Below, piece by piece: positions 1-8,963 of a DNA stretch of 64,000 bases. Position 1 is the first letter of the stretch. Each line of letters begins with the position of its first letter. The notes below the pieces were generated by a model. The model searched no databases. It saw only the letters and a program-made list of their open reading frames with translations, and was not told the origin of the DNA. The stretch comes from Pseudobdellovibrionaceae bacterium (GTDB lineage Bacteria > Bdellovibrionota > Bdellovibrionia > Bdellovibrionales > UBA1609). The stretch is from the NCBI GenBank assembly GCA_020635075.1, contig JACKAM010000001.1:1155402-1219401 (forward strand), in the 5' to 3' direction. The position numbers and the translations under genes are program-made.

Positions 1-2
1 TT

Positions 3-1805
3 CCTTTCAACACCTTCGACGATTTCGTCGCCTCATTTAAATCCCGCTTCCTGAATAACCTCATCCCCTACGCCGATAACTGGGTGATGAACACCGATAC
101 CATTTCAGCCAGCGCGAAACACACGGGCTACTTTAATGCTCAGTTGGACGAAGATGGTTCCATTCGCCGAAGCCTTCTCATCTACCGCACTGGCAGCCAC
201 TACATGCCCTCCATTGCCCTAAAGTCATTCCTGGTGGCAAATGGCTATAACGCCCAGATCGAATTGGCCGAAGATGCAAAGTACGCGGCAAAGGGGATAA
301 AAAAGTTCACCATTACTAACGACAATGGAGAACCGGTCTTCGACGTTCCGGTTGATCCTCAGGGACGGCTGATGATCAATTACGCCGGTCCACAAAAAAT
401 GTTCCCTTACATGAGTGTCGCCGAGCTTCTATCTGACAGCCCATCGGCCAAAGTCACCCAAACAGTCTGGAACCGCGAAACAAAGCGATGGGATAGGGAG
501 CAAAGCCTCAAGGTCAACAAGGCAGAATGGATTAAGGACAAGATCTTTGTCTTTGGAGCCACGGCAATTGGCATTTTTGACCTTCGAGTCACCCCCTTCG
601 ATGAAAACTACCCGGGAGCTGAAACTCATGCCAACGTGATCGACAATCTGGTGCGCAGGGATTTTCTCCGCCCTCATCCAGATGAGGACATTCGCATGCC
701 ATTGGTGCTTTTGGCCCTGGGAATTGTTCTGTCCATTGCCATCGCACAGCTGGGGGCCCTGTGGGGACTGCTCCTCACCACCCTGACCATGGTGGCGATA
801 TTCTTGTTTGACAAGCACTACCTCTTTGCCAATGGCTTTGTCGTCACAATTATCCACCCTATTCTTCTAGTTTTGACCCTCTATGTTTCTCTCACCTTCT
901 ACAAATACTTCACTGAAGAGAGGAATAAACGTGAATTACGCAGCACCTTCCAAAAGTACGTCTCACCTGCTATTGTGGAAGAGATTCTCTCTGACCCCGA
1001 CAACATTGAGCTCGGTGGTCGCAAAGTCACAATGACCGTCTTTTTCTCCGACATTCGCGGATTCACCACCATTTCGGAGAAGCTGGATCCTCGGGCCTTG
1101 AGCGATCTCCTCAACAGCTACCTGACTCCCATGACTGAAATCGTCTTCAAAAACCGTGGCACACTCGACAAGTACATGGGCGATGCCATTATGGCCTTCT
1201 TTGGCGCCCCCATCTATTACCCTGACCATGCCAAGTACGGTTGTCGGGCGGCCCTGCAACAACTCGAAACACTTAAAGTGTTACAGGAGGAATATCGGCA
1301 AAAAGGCCTTCCCCCCATCGATATTGGAATTGGACTCAATACTGGTGAAATGAGCGTTGGCAACATGGGCTCGGAGACTGTCCGCAGCTACACAGTCATG
1401 GGAGACGCGGTAAATTTGGGATCTCGCCTTGAGGGCATTAACAAACAATACGGCACACGCATTATTATATCTGAATTCACCTACCAGGATGTCAAAGACG
1501 ACTTCACCTGCCGTGAGATTGATTGGGTGCGAGTAAAAGGTAAGGTCTTGCCGGTCAAAATCTATGAGTTGATTTGTGAAAAGGCCCCTCCGGAAAAAGT
1601 GCGTGAAATGCTTAGATGGTTTGATGAAGGCTATGCCTATTACCACGAAATGGCCTGGGCTGCGGCCATCAAGTCCTTCAGCCAGGCACTCAACATCAAT
1701 CCTGCCGATCCGGTTTCCCAGTTGTATCTGGAAAGATCAACGGACTACCACAACAATCCTCCCGCCTCTGACTGGGACGGGGTTTTTATTATGACCACTA
1801 AGTAG
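3..1805 (+). CDS. CHASE2-type sensor adenylate/guanylate cyclase (class III); 5' end lies outside the window
   Basis: The frame is open from base 3, with no stop before the listed ORF at 84, so the N-terminus is cut by the window edge. An extracytoplasmic-type region is followed by hydrophobic segments (LVLLALGIVLSIAIAQLGALWGLLLTTLTMVAIFLF, VVTIIHPILLVLTLYVSLTF). The cyclase core follows: 'VTMTVFFSDIRGFTTISE', 'LDKYMGDAIMAFFGAP', 'GLNTGEMSVGNMGS', 'YTVMGDAVNLGSRLEG'. Confidence 0.85.
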   Translation, partial: PFNTFDDFVASFKSRFLNNLIPYADNWVMNTDTISASAKHTGYFNAQLDEDGSIRRSLLIYRTGSHYMPSIALKSFLVANGYNAQIELAEDAKYAAKGIKKFTITNDNGEPVFDVPVDPQGRLMINYAGPQKMFPYMSVAELLSDSPSAKVTQTVWNRETKRWDREQSLKVNKAEWIKDKIFVFGATAIGIFDLRVTPFDENYPGAETHANVIDNLVRRDFLRPHPDEDIRMPLVLLALGIVLSIAIAQLGALWGLLLTTLTMVAIFLFDKHYLFANGFVVTIIHPILLVLTLYVSLTFYKYFTEERNKRELRSTFQKYVSPAIVEEILSDPDNIELGGRKVTMTVFFSDIRGFTTISEKLDPRALSDLLNSYLTPMTEIVFKNRGTLDKYMGDAIMAFFGAPIYYPDHAKYGCRAALQQLETLKVLQEEYRQKGLPPIDIGIGLNTGEMSVGNMGSETVRSYTVMGDAVNLGSRLEGINKQYGTRIIISEFTYQDVKDDFTCREIDWVRVKGKVLPVKIYELICEKAPPEKVREMLRWFDEGYAYYHEMAWAAAIKSFSQALNINPADPVSQLYLERSTDYHNNPPASDWDGVFIMTTK

Positions 1806-1812
1806 ACCCATC

Positions 1813-2595
1813 CTAGATAGCGGCACTCACCGTAATCGGAAAGCGAAAGTGGAGCATTCCGTAAACCCCTTTAAAATTCCATACGTCCTGTTGGTTAAAA
1901 AACTCCTGAGGAATGTAGGCGTCACCCTTCACGCCAGCCTCAAACAATAGGTACTTGGTAAACACTGGAAACCGAATGCCCAAGCCGCCGCGCAGTCCAG
2001 GGCGAATAAAATGAACGCTTTGCTTGTCCTCAGGCAGACGATCATCCCGATAATAGAGATAGGTTAAAACAATGCCGCCGTTGATGACAAATTTGAAGGA
2101 TGGCCAACCCAGCATAATGGTGGGCACCAGCCCCCAAGTGACTCCGTAGGCTTCTCGATGATCGTGCAAGGGCTGGATGTAAAGGGATTTAGGGATGAGC
2201 AGATGGGAAACACTCACCTCATTGAGCTTTGAAGCCGCCTTGCGGAACTTGGGCGGAACCCGATCTTTAAACCGATCCAATACCTCGCGCTCCGCCACCG
2301 CCGACAGGTTTAACTCTGTTCCAAATATCAGACCATCATGATCGCCATAGAGCTCAGCCAACTTGTATTGACTGAGTCCAAAACCCACATTGACCAACAG
2401 CGGGATGTCTTGCTTCTGTCTTTTTGTCTTTTGCTGACGGCCAGACGACATCCCAGTGGGAGCAGTTAGGGTTTGCGTTTTGTCACCTGTCGGATTTTGG
2501 CCTTCCTCGATCTGAGCCAGGGCCCCGATGGTCATCGGGGCCAAGGACAACACTCCAACGAACTTTAAACGGACGATAATTCTAATCCAGGCCAT
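1813..2595 (-). CDS. Hypothetical secreted protein, possibly an outer-membrane beta-barrel
   Basis: 260-aa ORF with an N-terminal hydrophobic leader (VGVLSLAPMTIGALAQ). The C-terminal half has alternating aromatic/hydrophobic strands and ends in 'GMLHFRFPITVSAAI'. I recognise no family motif. Confidence 0.5.
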   Translation of the reverse strand: MAWIRIIVRLKFVGVLSLAPMTIGALAQIEEGQNPTGDKTQTLTAPTGMSSGRQQKTKRQKQDIPLLVNVGFGLSQYKLAELYGDHDGLIFGTELNLSAVAEREVLDRFKDRVPPKFRKAASKLNEVSVSHLLIPKSLYIQPLHDHREAYGVTWGLVPTIMLGWPSFKFVINGGIVLTYLYYRDDRLPEDKQSVHFIRPGLRGGLGIRFPVFTKYLLFEAGVKGDAYIPQEFFNQQDVWNFKGVYGMLHFRFPITVSAAI

Positions 2596-2642
2596 GAAGA
2601 TACCCCTTTGCCGTCACATCTACCCACGATCAGAAGGTTTGC

Positions 2643-3167
2643 CTATTGGGCAGCTTCATCCTGATTGGGGTAGCAGTAGCTGTAGTAAGTTTCCCGGTCA
2701 TCATCTTCGTCTTCACGCTCAGTGACTTCAACCACTTTTGCCACCAATGTGTCTTCTTTTTTGCGCACATAGGCGGTAAGGGTGTGATTCTCGGACATGT
2801 TGTGGGTGATAACAAAATCACGAATGGTTACATCATTGGTGACGGCCTCAAACTGACGGATATCTGCATTGCGCCCGAAGATGGCCTTTGTCACTTTGCG
2901 CTCTGGGAACAATGGCCCACGAGCGGCATAGGTCTTTTGGAACTTATTAAGCCGAGTATAGGCGAACTCATCCGGCCGAAACTCTTTGATTTCGATACAC
3001 AGACGCTCTTTGGGCTGCCCCGGAAAATCAAAGTCGGTAACCTCGGGAATTTCCCGTGCTGACCTATAATAGTCTTTCACCAAATCAAACATGGTTTCGG
3101 CCTGCGCATCCGCGAAGACCAGGCTCATCGCCATCATCATTCCTACCAATGTAAAAACCTTTTTCAT
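2643..3167 (-). CDS. Hypothetical secreted protein
   Basis: Start trimmed to the ATG at 3167 (MKKVFTLVGMMMAMSLVFADAQAE is signal-peptide-like). An upstream GGGAGAG acts as a Shine-Dalgarno. It lies 13 nt downstream of the preceding lipoprotein gene on the same strand. Confidence 0.55.
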   Translation of the reverse strand: MKKVFTLVGMMMAMSLVFADAQAETMFDLVKDYYRSAREIPEVTDFDFPGQPKERLCIEIKEFRPDEFAYTRLNKFQKTYAARGPLFPERKVTKAIFGRNADIRQFEAVTNDVTIRDFVITHNMSENHTLTAYVRKKEDTLVAKVVEVTEREDEDDDRETYYSYCYPNQDEAAQ

Positions 3168-3180
3168 CTTTGCTCTCCCT

Positions 3181-3654
3181 TTAGTCTTCATCATCATGTT
3201 GGGTCCCGTGCCACTTCATATTCACTTCAAGTGGATAATCGTAGCCGGGCTTGGTCTGGCGAATGGTTTCAAGCTCCTTACAGGTGGGCGGCCCCAGTTC
3301 TTTAACTGGAGTGCTGGTCACCTCCCCACGACGGTTAAAACCCTTCAACTGAAAGTAGTAATTGATCCCGCGAATAAGGGGACCCAATTCAATTGATGTG
3401 GCCGGGACATTTACTTCTTCCACAAAGGCGAGCTGGTCCTTTTTGTAACCCCAGTCCAGTTGCACGTGCTGAATGCTATGAGCCGGTGCATCCTCCAAAC
3501 TCCAATTCACCTTAATGCTAATGTCTTCAAAACAGGGTCCGACCGGCTTCTCCTCGGCCGGAGGCGGCGCTGCTCCATTGTCCTTGTCTTTTCCACAGCC
3601 AATTCCAGCCCCCGCGAGAGCCATGGCCGCCAGGAATAAAATAGTTTTCTTCAC
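3181..3654 (-). CDS. Lipoprotein with an FN3-like beta-sandwich domain
   Basis: Lipobox 'LAGAGIGC' follows MKKTILFLAAMA, then a Pro-rich linker (AAPPPAEEKPVGP). The body is FN3-like: 'VQLDWGYKKDQ...ATSIELGPLIRGINYYFQLKGFNRRGEVTSTPV'. Confidence 0.6.
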   Translation of the reverse strand: MKKTILFLAAMALAGAGIGCGKDKDNGAAPPPAEEKPVGPCFEDISIKVNWSLEDAPAHSIQHVQLDWGYKKDQLAFVEEVNVPATSIELGPLIRGINYYFQLKGFNRRGEVTSTPVKELGPPTCKELETIRQTKPGYDYPLEVNMKWHGTQHDDED

Positions 3655-4319
3655 TCAATCCCCCTTTGTCTTCCTAAGGATTTCCTCAGTCTGGCCATCA
3701 CCTCTTGGTAGACGACGGGCCGAGACTTCCCTGCCTTTTGTTTCATCGGTCGCTGGCTTAATGGGACCACCCTGACCTGGTTTTTGCCAAAAACGATTTT
3801 CCCTTCTCTGTTAATCAGCACCTCCGTCAATGGTTCCACCCCTTTTTCAATCAAAGAGCGGCAATTCAGAACATCCAATGACACTTCATTGGAGTAATCA
3901 GACTCGCCGTTGGTGTATGTGGCGGTAACACCAAAGAACCAAAACAACCCTCGCTGGACAGGAAAGTGCGTGGTGGTGTTCGTCGGTCCCTGAACCTCGA
4001 CACTGTGGGAATAGGGCACATCCTGCCGGGAGTTGTTGCCGTAATAAACGGTAAAATTGACCGGCTGATGATCTCCCTGAATAGCGTCCCAAGCCAGACC
4101 AATATTGAACTCCGGTCCGCAGGGTCCGTCACCGGGATCACTGGGATTCGCCGGCTGCTGGGCTTCAGGAGACGAGGCCCGAAATCCCTTCTTTTTGCTA
4201 CACCCACTTAAAACAAACGACGTCAGCGCCAGGCAGACTGCCCAGCAATATATAGAATACCTCAAGTTCTTCCCCCCTATGGAAGACTGGAACAAACCCT
4301 CGCCGAGGGCACATGTCAC
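3651..4319 (-). CDS. Lipoprotein with an FN3-like domain; architectural paralog of the 3181-3654 gene
   Basis: Lipobox 'FVLSGC', then linker 'SSPEAQQPANPSDPGDGP', then an FN3-like segment 'LAWDAIQGDHQPVNFTVYYGNNS...FWFFGVTATYTNGESDYSNEVSLDV'. The listed start is GTG, so the exact start is uncertain. Its stop overlaps the next gene's start by 4 nt. Confidence 0.55.
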   Translation of the reverse strand: MTCALGEGLFQSSIGGKNLRYSIYCWAVCLALTSFVLSGCSKKKGFRASSPEAQQPANPSDPGDGPCGPEFNIGLAWDAIQGDHQPVNFTVYYGNNSRQDVPYSHSVEVQGPTNTTTHFPVQRGLFWFFGVTATYTNGESDYSNEVSLDVLNCRSLIEKGVEPLTEVLINREGKIVFGKNQVRVVPLSQRPMKQKAGKSRPVVYQEVMARLRKSLGRQRGIE

Positions 4320-4558
4320 TCAGTTTGTGGAAAATGAAATTTCCCTATGTCCAGGAGAGCTCCAGCGGGCAAATTATTTCTCTAATACTGCCCGCAATTG
4401 CCAAATATTCGCCGCGTTATCTTCTCGCCAGATCTGATCTGCCACAGGCCACGACTCACAAGGTAAGCAGGGTCAAATTGACAACTGAAGCCAGCCCAAG
4501 GTCTAATAAGTGCAGTCAACACACAGCCTTCCTGTAGGATGCAGGGAGTCGATCGGGG

Positions 4559-6955
4559 ATGAGAACTCACTTCATGCGGCCACTACTCAGGGAATTATTC
4601 GCCCCAGGATGGGCTTCGAGACTTCGGGAAATGGCATTCCTGTGCCTCTTCCTTGCCGCTCTCCAAGCATTTGATGTGGCCCAAGCTCAAACCTCCTTAG
4701 AAGGCATTTCAATTAATGCCAACAAAATGAGCCGGGACACGGCCCACAACACGATTGAGTTGTCCGGCAACGTCCAGGTGATTTTTCAAGGCCAACATCT
4801 GTCCTGTGATAAAGCGACCATTAACCTGAAAACACGGGAGGTGGAGGCTGAAGGCCATGTGGTTTTGCAAAACCCCAAAGTCTATTCCGAAGGCTCCCGA
4901 CTCAAGCTCAACTATGACACCAACCTCGGAACTCTTTACGAGGGATTTGTCAAAGCTGGCCAGGTCATTTTCGAAGGGGAAGTCATCGAGAAAACCGGTG
5001 AGGACGAGTACGTGGCGGAAAAGGCCTACTACTCAGCTTGTGCCACCTGCCCGCCGGCCTGGAGCTTTACCGGGTCTAAGATCAAAGCTGAAATTGGCGG
5101 ATACGCTTACATTGACTATCCGATTTTGCGCATCGCCGATGTGCCAATCTTTATTTTGCCCTGGATTTTGGTGCCCTTGAAGTCAGCCCGTCAGTCTGGG
5201 TTTTTGGTACCCAAGTTTTCCTTCAACGATGCCGGCAAATTGGGTTTTGCTGTCAGTTATTTTTGGGCTATTTCCCGCAGCCAGGACGCCACCATCACCT
5301 TAACCAAATTTGAAAAGAGGGGTCTAAAACCCCATATTGAGTACCGCTATGTTCTTTCTGAAAATTCCAAGGGGTCTTTGCGCACTTCATTTTTTGAGGA
5401 CAAGGTCTTCGAACGCCGGGTGCGCACAGCTGCCGCCCCGGATGACCCGGTGACGGTTCAACAAAAGCAAGAACGTTGGTTTCTCAACTATCACCACTTT
5501 TATGAAATGCCCGAACAGGTCACTCACAGAGCAAATCTTAACATGGTAAGCGACGTTAAATACGCCCGAGACTTCCCCCGCGATCTCGATGCCGACGGTG
5601 AACCCGCCCTCGAAAACCGTATATCGGTGACCAAAAACCACCACAACACTCACTTGAGTGGGGAGGTCGATTACTACGTCAATCAACTGATTGAAGACCC
5701 CTTGGAGGAAAACCGCACTTCTGTACACCGCTTTCCTGAAGTGCACTTTAACCTGATGGACCAGCAATTGGGGGAAACGCCCATTTACTTCGGCTTTGAC
5801 TCCCACTACGTGCACTTCACCCGTCGCCATTTTGCCTATGACGATGTCGTCACCACCGGTTCAGCCATCGGCGACGGCTTTTTCTGTCCGCCTGAAAGCG
5901 ACAAGTGTATTTCGCGCATTCGTGACGGCGCCTTCGAACCCAGCAAGGGCGACATTCTCCGCACCGGGCATCGCTTTGAGTTTAAGCCAAAGTTAACTCT
6001 CCCTTTTCGCCTGGGAAATTTTCTCGAAGTCCTTCCCTCACTCTCCTATCGCGAAACTCAGTATCGTTTTACCGCCCATACCCTGGAGCAGGACACCCTT
6101 TATGGCCCAACGGCTGCCCGTCGCTTTTTGGAGTTGGATGTGGGAGCCAAGACTCGCCTCTCTTCGATCTTTGGGGATCTGGAAACTGCAGAAGGCACTC
6201 GCTACAAACACATCATTGAACCGGAGATTCGCTATTCAACCATTCCGTGGATTCGCCGCCCCAATCATTATTTTTTCGGTCAGTTTGAGGGCCAACCCTA
6301 TTCGCAAACCAATGAGCCCCTCAGTGACGACGACTTCTTTGGCTTTAACAAAGTTCAATTTGACTACAATGACCGGATTTTCGACCGACGTCTGGTGGAC
6401 TTCGGGGTCACCAATCGCATTATCCGCAAACGTTGGCGTGGAGATCAGGAGGACTACCACACCTTGGGGATTTTTAGGCTCTCCCAGAGTTTCGATATGA
6501 ACGAGGCCAACCGTGAAGAGTCGCCTCAGCCCTGGTCAACCATCAACGCTCTTGTCGATGTCCGCCTGGATCACTTTGAAACCCACTCAACTGCCGTGTA
6601 CTACCCCTATGCTCGGGTCACCAACTCATCCAGTCGTTTTAAATTTAAGGACCAGGTGGGCAATTTTGTTCAGCTGGCATTGACCCGTTCGGTGTTAGTG
6701 AACAAAGATAATGAAATCGACCCATCCAATAAAACGGACAACTTGGGTCTATCCCTGGGCTGGGTCGGGCGTTACTTTAATCTCACTGGTGGTTTTGATT
6801 ATTCGCGAATTACCAGTAAAATCTTTTCATGGAAGTATGAAGCGCAGATAAAACCCCCTGGTAATTGCTGGGATATTCGCCTGGCTCAATTCCAACTTCC
6901 TGAAGGAAAGCCAGAGTTTGAGTTCGGAGTGAACTTCCAGTTTGGTGGGGATTAA
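4559..6955 (+). CDS. lptD: LPS-assembly outer membrane protein LptD (OstA family)
   Basis: 798 aa with a signal-like N-terminus. The OstA N-domain pattern is present: 'INANKMSRDTAHNTIELSGNVQVIFQGQHLSCDKATINLKTREVEAEGHVVLQ'. A long C-terminal beta-barrel region rich in aromatic-terminated strands follows. Size and layout are typical of LptD. Confidence 0.85.
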   Translation: MRTHFMRPLLRELFAPGWASRLREMAFLCLFLAALQAFDVAQAQTSLEGISINANKMSRDTAHNTIELSGNVQVIFQGQHLSCDKATINLKTREVEAEGHVVLQNPKVYSEGSRLKLNYDTNLGTLYEGFVKAGQVIFEGEVIEKTGEDEYVAEKAYYSACATCPPAWSFTGSKIKAEIGGYAYIDYPILRIADVPIFILPWILVPLKSARQSGFLVPKFSFNDAGKLGFAVSYFWAISRSQDATITLTKFEKRGLKPHIEYRYVLSENSKGSLRTSFFEDKVFERRVRTAAAPDDPVTVQQKQERWFLNYHHFYEMPEQVTHRANLNMVSDVKYARDFPRDLDADGEPALENRISVTKNHHNTHLSGEVDYYVNQLIEDPLEENRTSVHRFPEVHFNLMDQQLGETPIYFGFDSHYVHFTRRHFAYDDVVTTGSAIGDGFFCPPESDKCISRIRDGAFEPSKGDILRTGHRFEFKPKLTLPFRLGNFLEVLPSLSYRETQYRFTAHTLEQDTLYGPTAARRFLELDVGAKTRLSSIFGDLETAEGTRYKHIIEPEIRYSTIPWIRRPNHYFFGQFEGQPYSQTNEPLSDDDFFGFNKVQFDYNDRIFDRRLVDFGVTNRIIRKRWRGDQEDYHTLGIFRLSQSFDMNEANREESPQPWSTINALVDVRLDHFETHSTAVYYPYARVTNSSSRFKFKDQVGNFVQLALTRSVLVNKDNEIDPSNKTDNLGLSLGWVGRYFNLTGGFDYSRITSKIFSWKYEAQIKPPGNCWDIRLAQFQLPEGKPEFEFGVNFQFGGD

Positions 6956-7289
6956 TTTCACCCCAGATCTCTTTTACCCGCCTTCCCCAATTACATGGTT
7001 CCAAAATTAGTTCATCTGAAATTCTGACATTTGCTTTCGGAATCACCGATTTTATTGTGACACACCCGCTTTCCGGCTAATTCCCCGGCGCAAGCGAATC
7101 GTGATTGGTCGCAAGTTGTGGGAGATTTCCCCGATTCGAGATAGCGGGTATCGGCCTGAGTCCATTTGTAAACGGACTTATGAAGGCCGTCGTGTATCCA
7201 TCCGCCTTCCGTGACCCTTCCTGTTCGCACTTTTGGCTAAGAACACAACACACTAAAAGTGTTTAACCCCCTACTCGAAGGAGTACACT

Positions 7290-7883
7290 ATGTCTATCAA
7301 GAGTCTTGTTCTTGCGCTTACTGTTGCTTTCTCCAGCGCTGCAATTGCCGATGGCATTCGCCTGGGCGAAAACGTGGGCTATGGCGGAAACGGCTGCCCT
7401 GCAGGATCTGCATCTATTACTTTGAGCCCTGATGCCTCTACTTTGTCGATTCTTTTCGACCAGTACATGGCTGAAGCCGCTCCGAGAAAGTTTGCTCGTA
7501 AATCTTGTAACATTTCTGTTCCTGTTCACGTTCCTCAAGGGTACAGCGTTTCTCTGATGAAGATCGACTATCGTGGATTCAACATGCTTCCTCGTGGCGC
7601 ATATTCTGATTTCAACGTTGAGTACTTCTTTGCTGGTCAGCGCGGCCCAAAGATGACTCGTCGTTTTCGTGGAGAGCAGGCTGAAGAATATTTGATTCAG
7701 GATGGTCTTGTCGCCTCAGCCATGGTTTGGTCTGCTTGCGGAGCCGACGTAAATCTGCGTGTGAACTCAAGCATTATGGTCAACAACACTCGTAACCGCT
7801 CTGAAGATGCCCTGATGACTGTTGACTCTGTCGACATTAAGTCAGGTATCGTCTATCACCTGGCCTGGAGAACCTGCCGTTAA
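7290..7883 (+). CDS. Secreted protein, DUF4360-like (family assignment from memory, unverified)
   Basis: GAAGGAG lies 8 nt upstream of the ATG. Signal peptide MSIKSLVLALTVAFSSAAIA. Conserved blocks 'GNGCPAGSASITLSPDASTLSILFDQYMAEA', 'KIDYRGFNMLP', 'WSACGADVNL' and 'YHLAWRTC' are shared with the next gene. Confidence 0.65.
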   Translation: MSIKSLVLALTVAFSSAAIADGIRLGENVGYGGNGCPAGSASITLSPDASTLSILFDQYMAEAAPRKFARKSCNISVPVHVPQGYSVSLMKIDYRGFNMLPRGAYSDFNVEYFFAGQRGPKMTRRFRGEQAEEYLIQDGLVASAMVWSACGADVNLRVNSSIMVNNTRNRSEDALMTVDSVDIKSGIVYHLAWRTCR

Positions 7884-7967
7884 TTTTGGACTTTGCATTT
7901 TTTCGGCGATTGGGTTGAGAAGCAAGACTCAACCCTTCGCCACCTTCATGTTCTGAAGGAGGAACCT

Positions 7968-8795
7968 ATGAAATTGCACATGACATTCCTGAGCTTGCTC
8001 GTCGCCTGCGGTTTGGTGTTTTCAATTTCTGCTCAGGCCAATGATTTCGGACCCGGATCGCCCACTGAAGACACTGAGGATTTTGCCAATGGTTTGGGTG
8101 GGGCTCCTGATAACGCTGACTCAGTTCGCGTCACAGGTGTGAAGGTGGGAATGCCTCGCCATGCGGGCAGTGGCTGCCCGGCCGGCACTCTTTCGGCAAC
8201 CTTGAGCCCAGATGCCAAAACTCTCTCCATGTTATTTGATAACTACATGGTGGAGGCTGGCGACAGCTCAGGCACCAGAAGGTCCATGTTGGACTGCCAG
8301 CTCGTCATACCAGTGGATGTCCCTAACGGATACCAAGTTTCGGTTGTGAAACTTGATTACCGCGGGTTTAACCTGCTTCCCAACAAAGCCGTCGCTCGTT
8401 ACGATGCGGTTTACTTTTTCACCGACACCCAAACCGGACATAAATACCGAAAGAAGTTTCGCCGTAAAAAGGAATTCCGTGGACCCGTGGAAGAAGAATA
8501 CGCCATGAGCTCTAAGATCAACAAAAGAGAGATTTGGTCAGCCTGTGGGCGCAGCTTCGATTTGAACATTAACACTTCTATTTGGGTACAAAGCCAAACA
8601 GGAGAGGATGCCTTGGCGACTTTGGATTCCATTGACTCCAACGTTGAAGAGTATGTGGATTACCACCTGGTATGGAGGGCTTGTTCGATGGCACCGCCCA
8701 GTCGTCCACCCCGCTTTGATCCGCGAAACCCAGGCCGCCCTGGGCCCGGTCGAGGCAATGGACCACCCAACGGACCTGGCCGCCCGAGACGCTAA
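7968..8795 (+). CDS. Secreted DUF4360-like paralog with a basic Pro/Gly-rich C-terminal tail
   Basis: Start trimmed to the ATG at 7968, which has GAAGGAGG upstream and begins MKLHMTFLSLLVACGLVFSISAQA. Blocks 'GSGCPAGTLSATLSPDAKTLSMLFDNYMVEA', 'KLDYRGFNLLP', 'WSACGRSFDL' and 'YHLVWRAC' parallel the 7290-7883 gene. The tail reads 'PPSRPPRFDPRNPGRPGPGRGNGPPNGPGRPRR'. Confidence 0.65.
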   Translation: MKLHMTFLSLLVACGLVFSISAQANDFGPGSPTEDTEDFANGLGGAPDNADSVRVTGVKVGMPRHAGSGCPAGTLSATLSPDAKTLSMLFDNYMVEAGDSSGTRRSMLDCQLVIPVDVPNGYQVSVVKLDYRGFNLLPNKAVARYDAVYFFTDTQTGHKYRKKFRRKKEFRGPVEEEYAMSSKINKREIWSACGRSFDLNINTSIWVQSQTGEDALATLDSIDSNVEEYVDYHLVWRACSMAPPSRPPRFDPRNPGRPGPGRGNGPPNGPGRPRR

Positions 8796-8819
8796 AGTCT
8801 CTTTGTATTTGACCCATTC

Positions 8820-8880
8820 AGCCCGTCGCTCATCCTTGATGATGCGCACACCCTACCACCTTGCGACGGGCTTATTTTCT
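8820..8880 (+). terminator. Terminator-like long hairpin after the second DUF4360-like gene
   Basis: A perfect 10-bp inverted repeat, AGCCCGTCGC (8820-8829) / GCGACGGGCT (8863-8872), is followed by TATTTTCT. The loop is large (33 nt) and contains a smaller TCATC/GATGA stem, so this is atypical. Confidence 0.4.
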
Positions 8881-8963
8881 CCGCAAGCTGACTCCCCTGA
8901 CCTGGCATATTCCTTGAAGTTCGAGGGCTTAGCTCTCTGAGCGACCAGTGATTGGAAGTCGAA

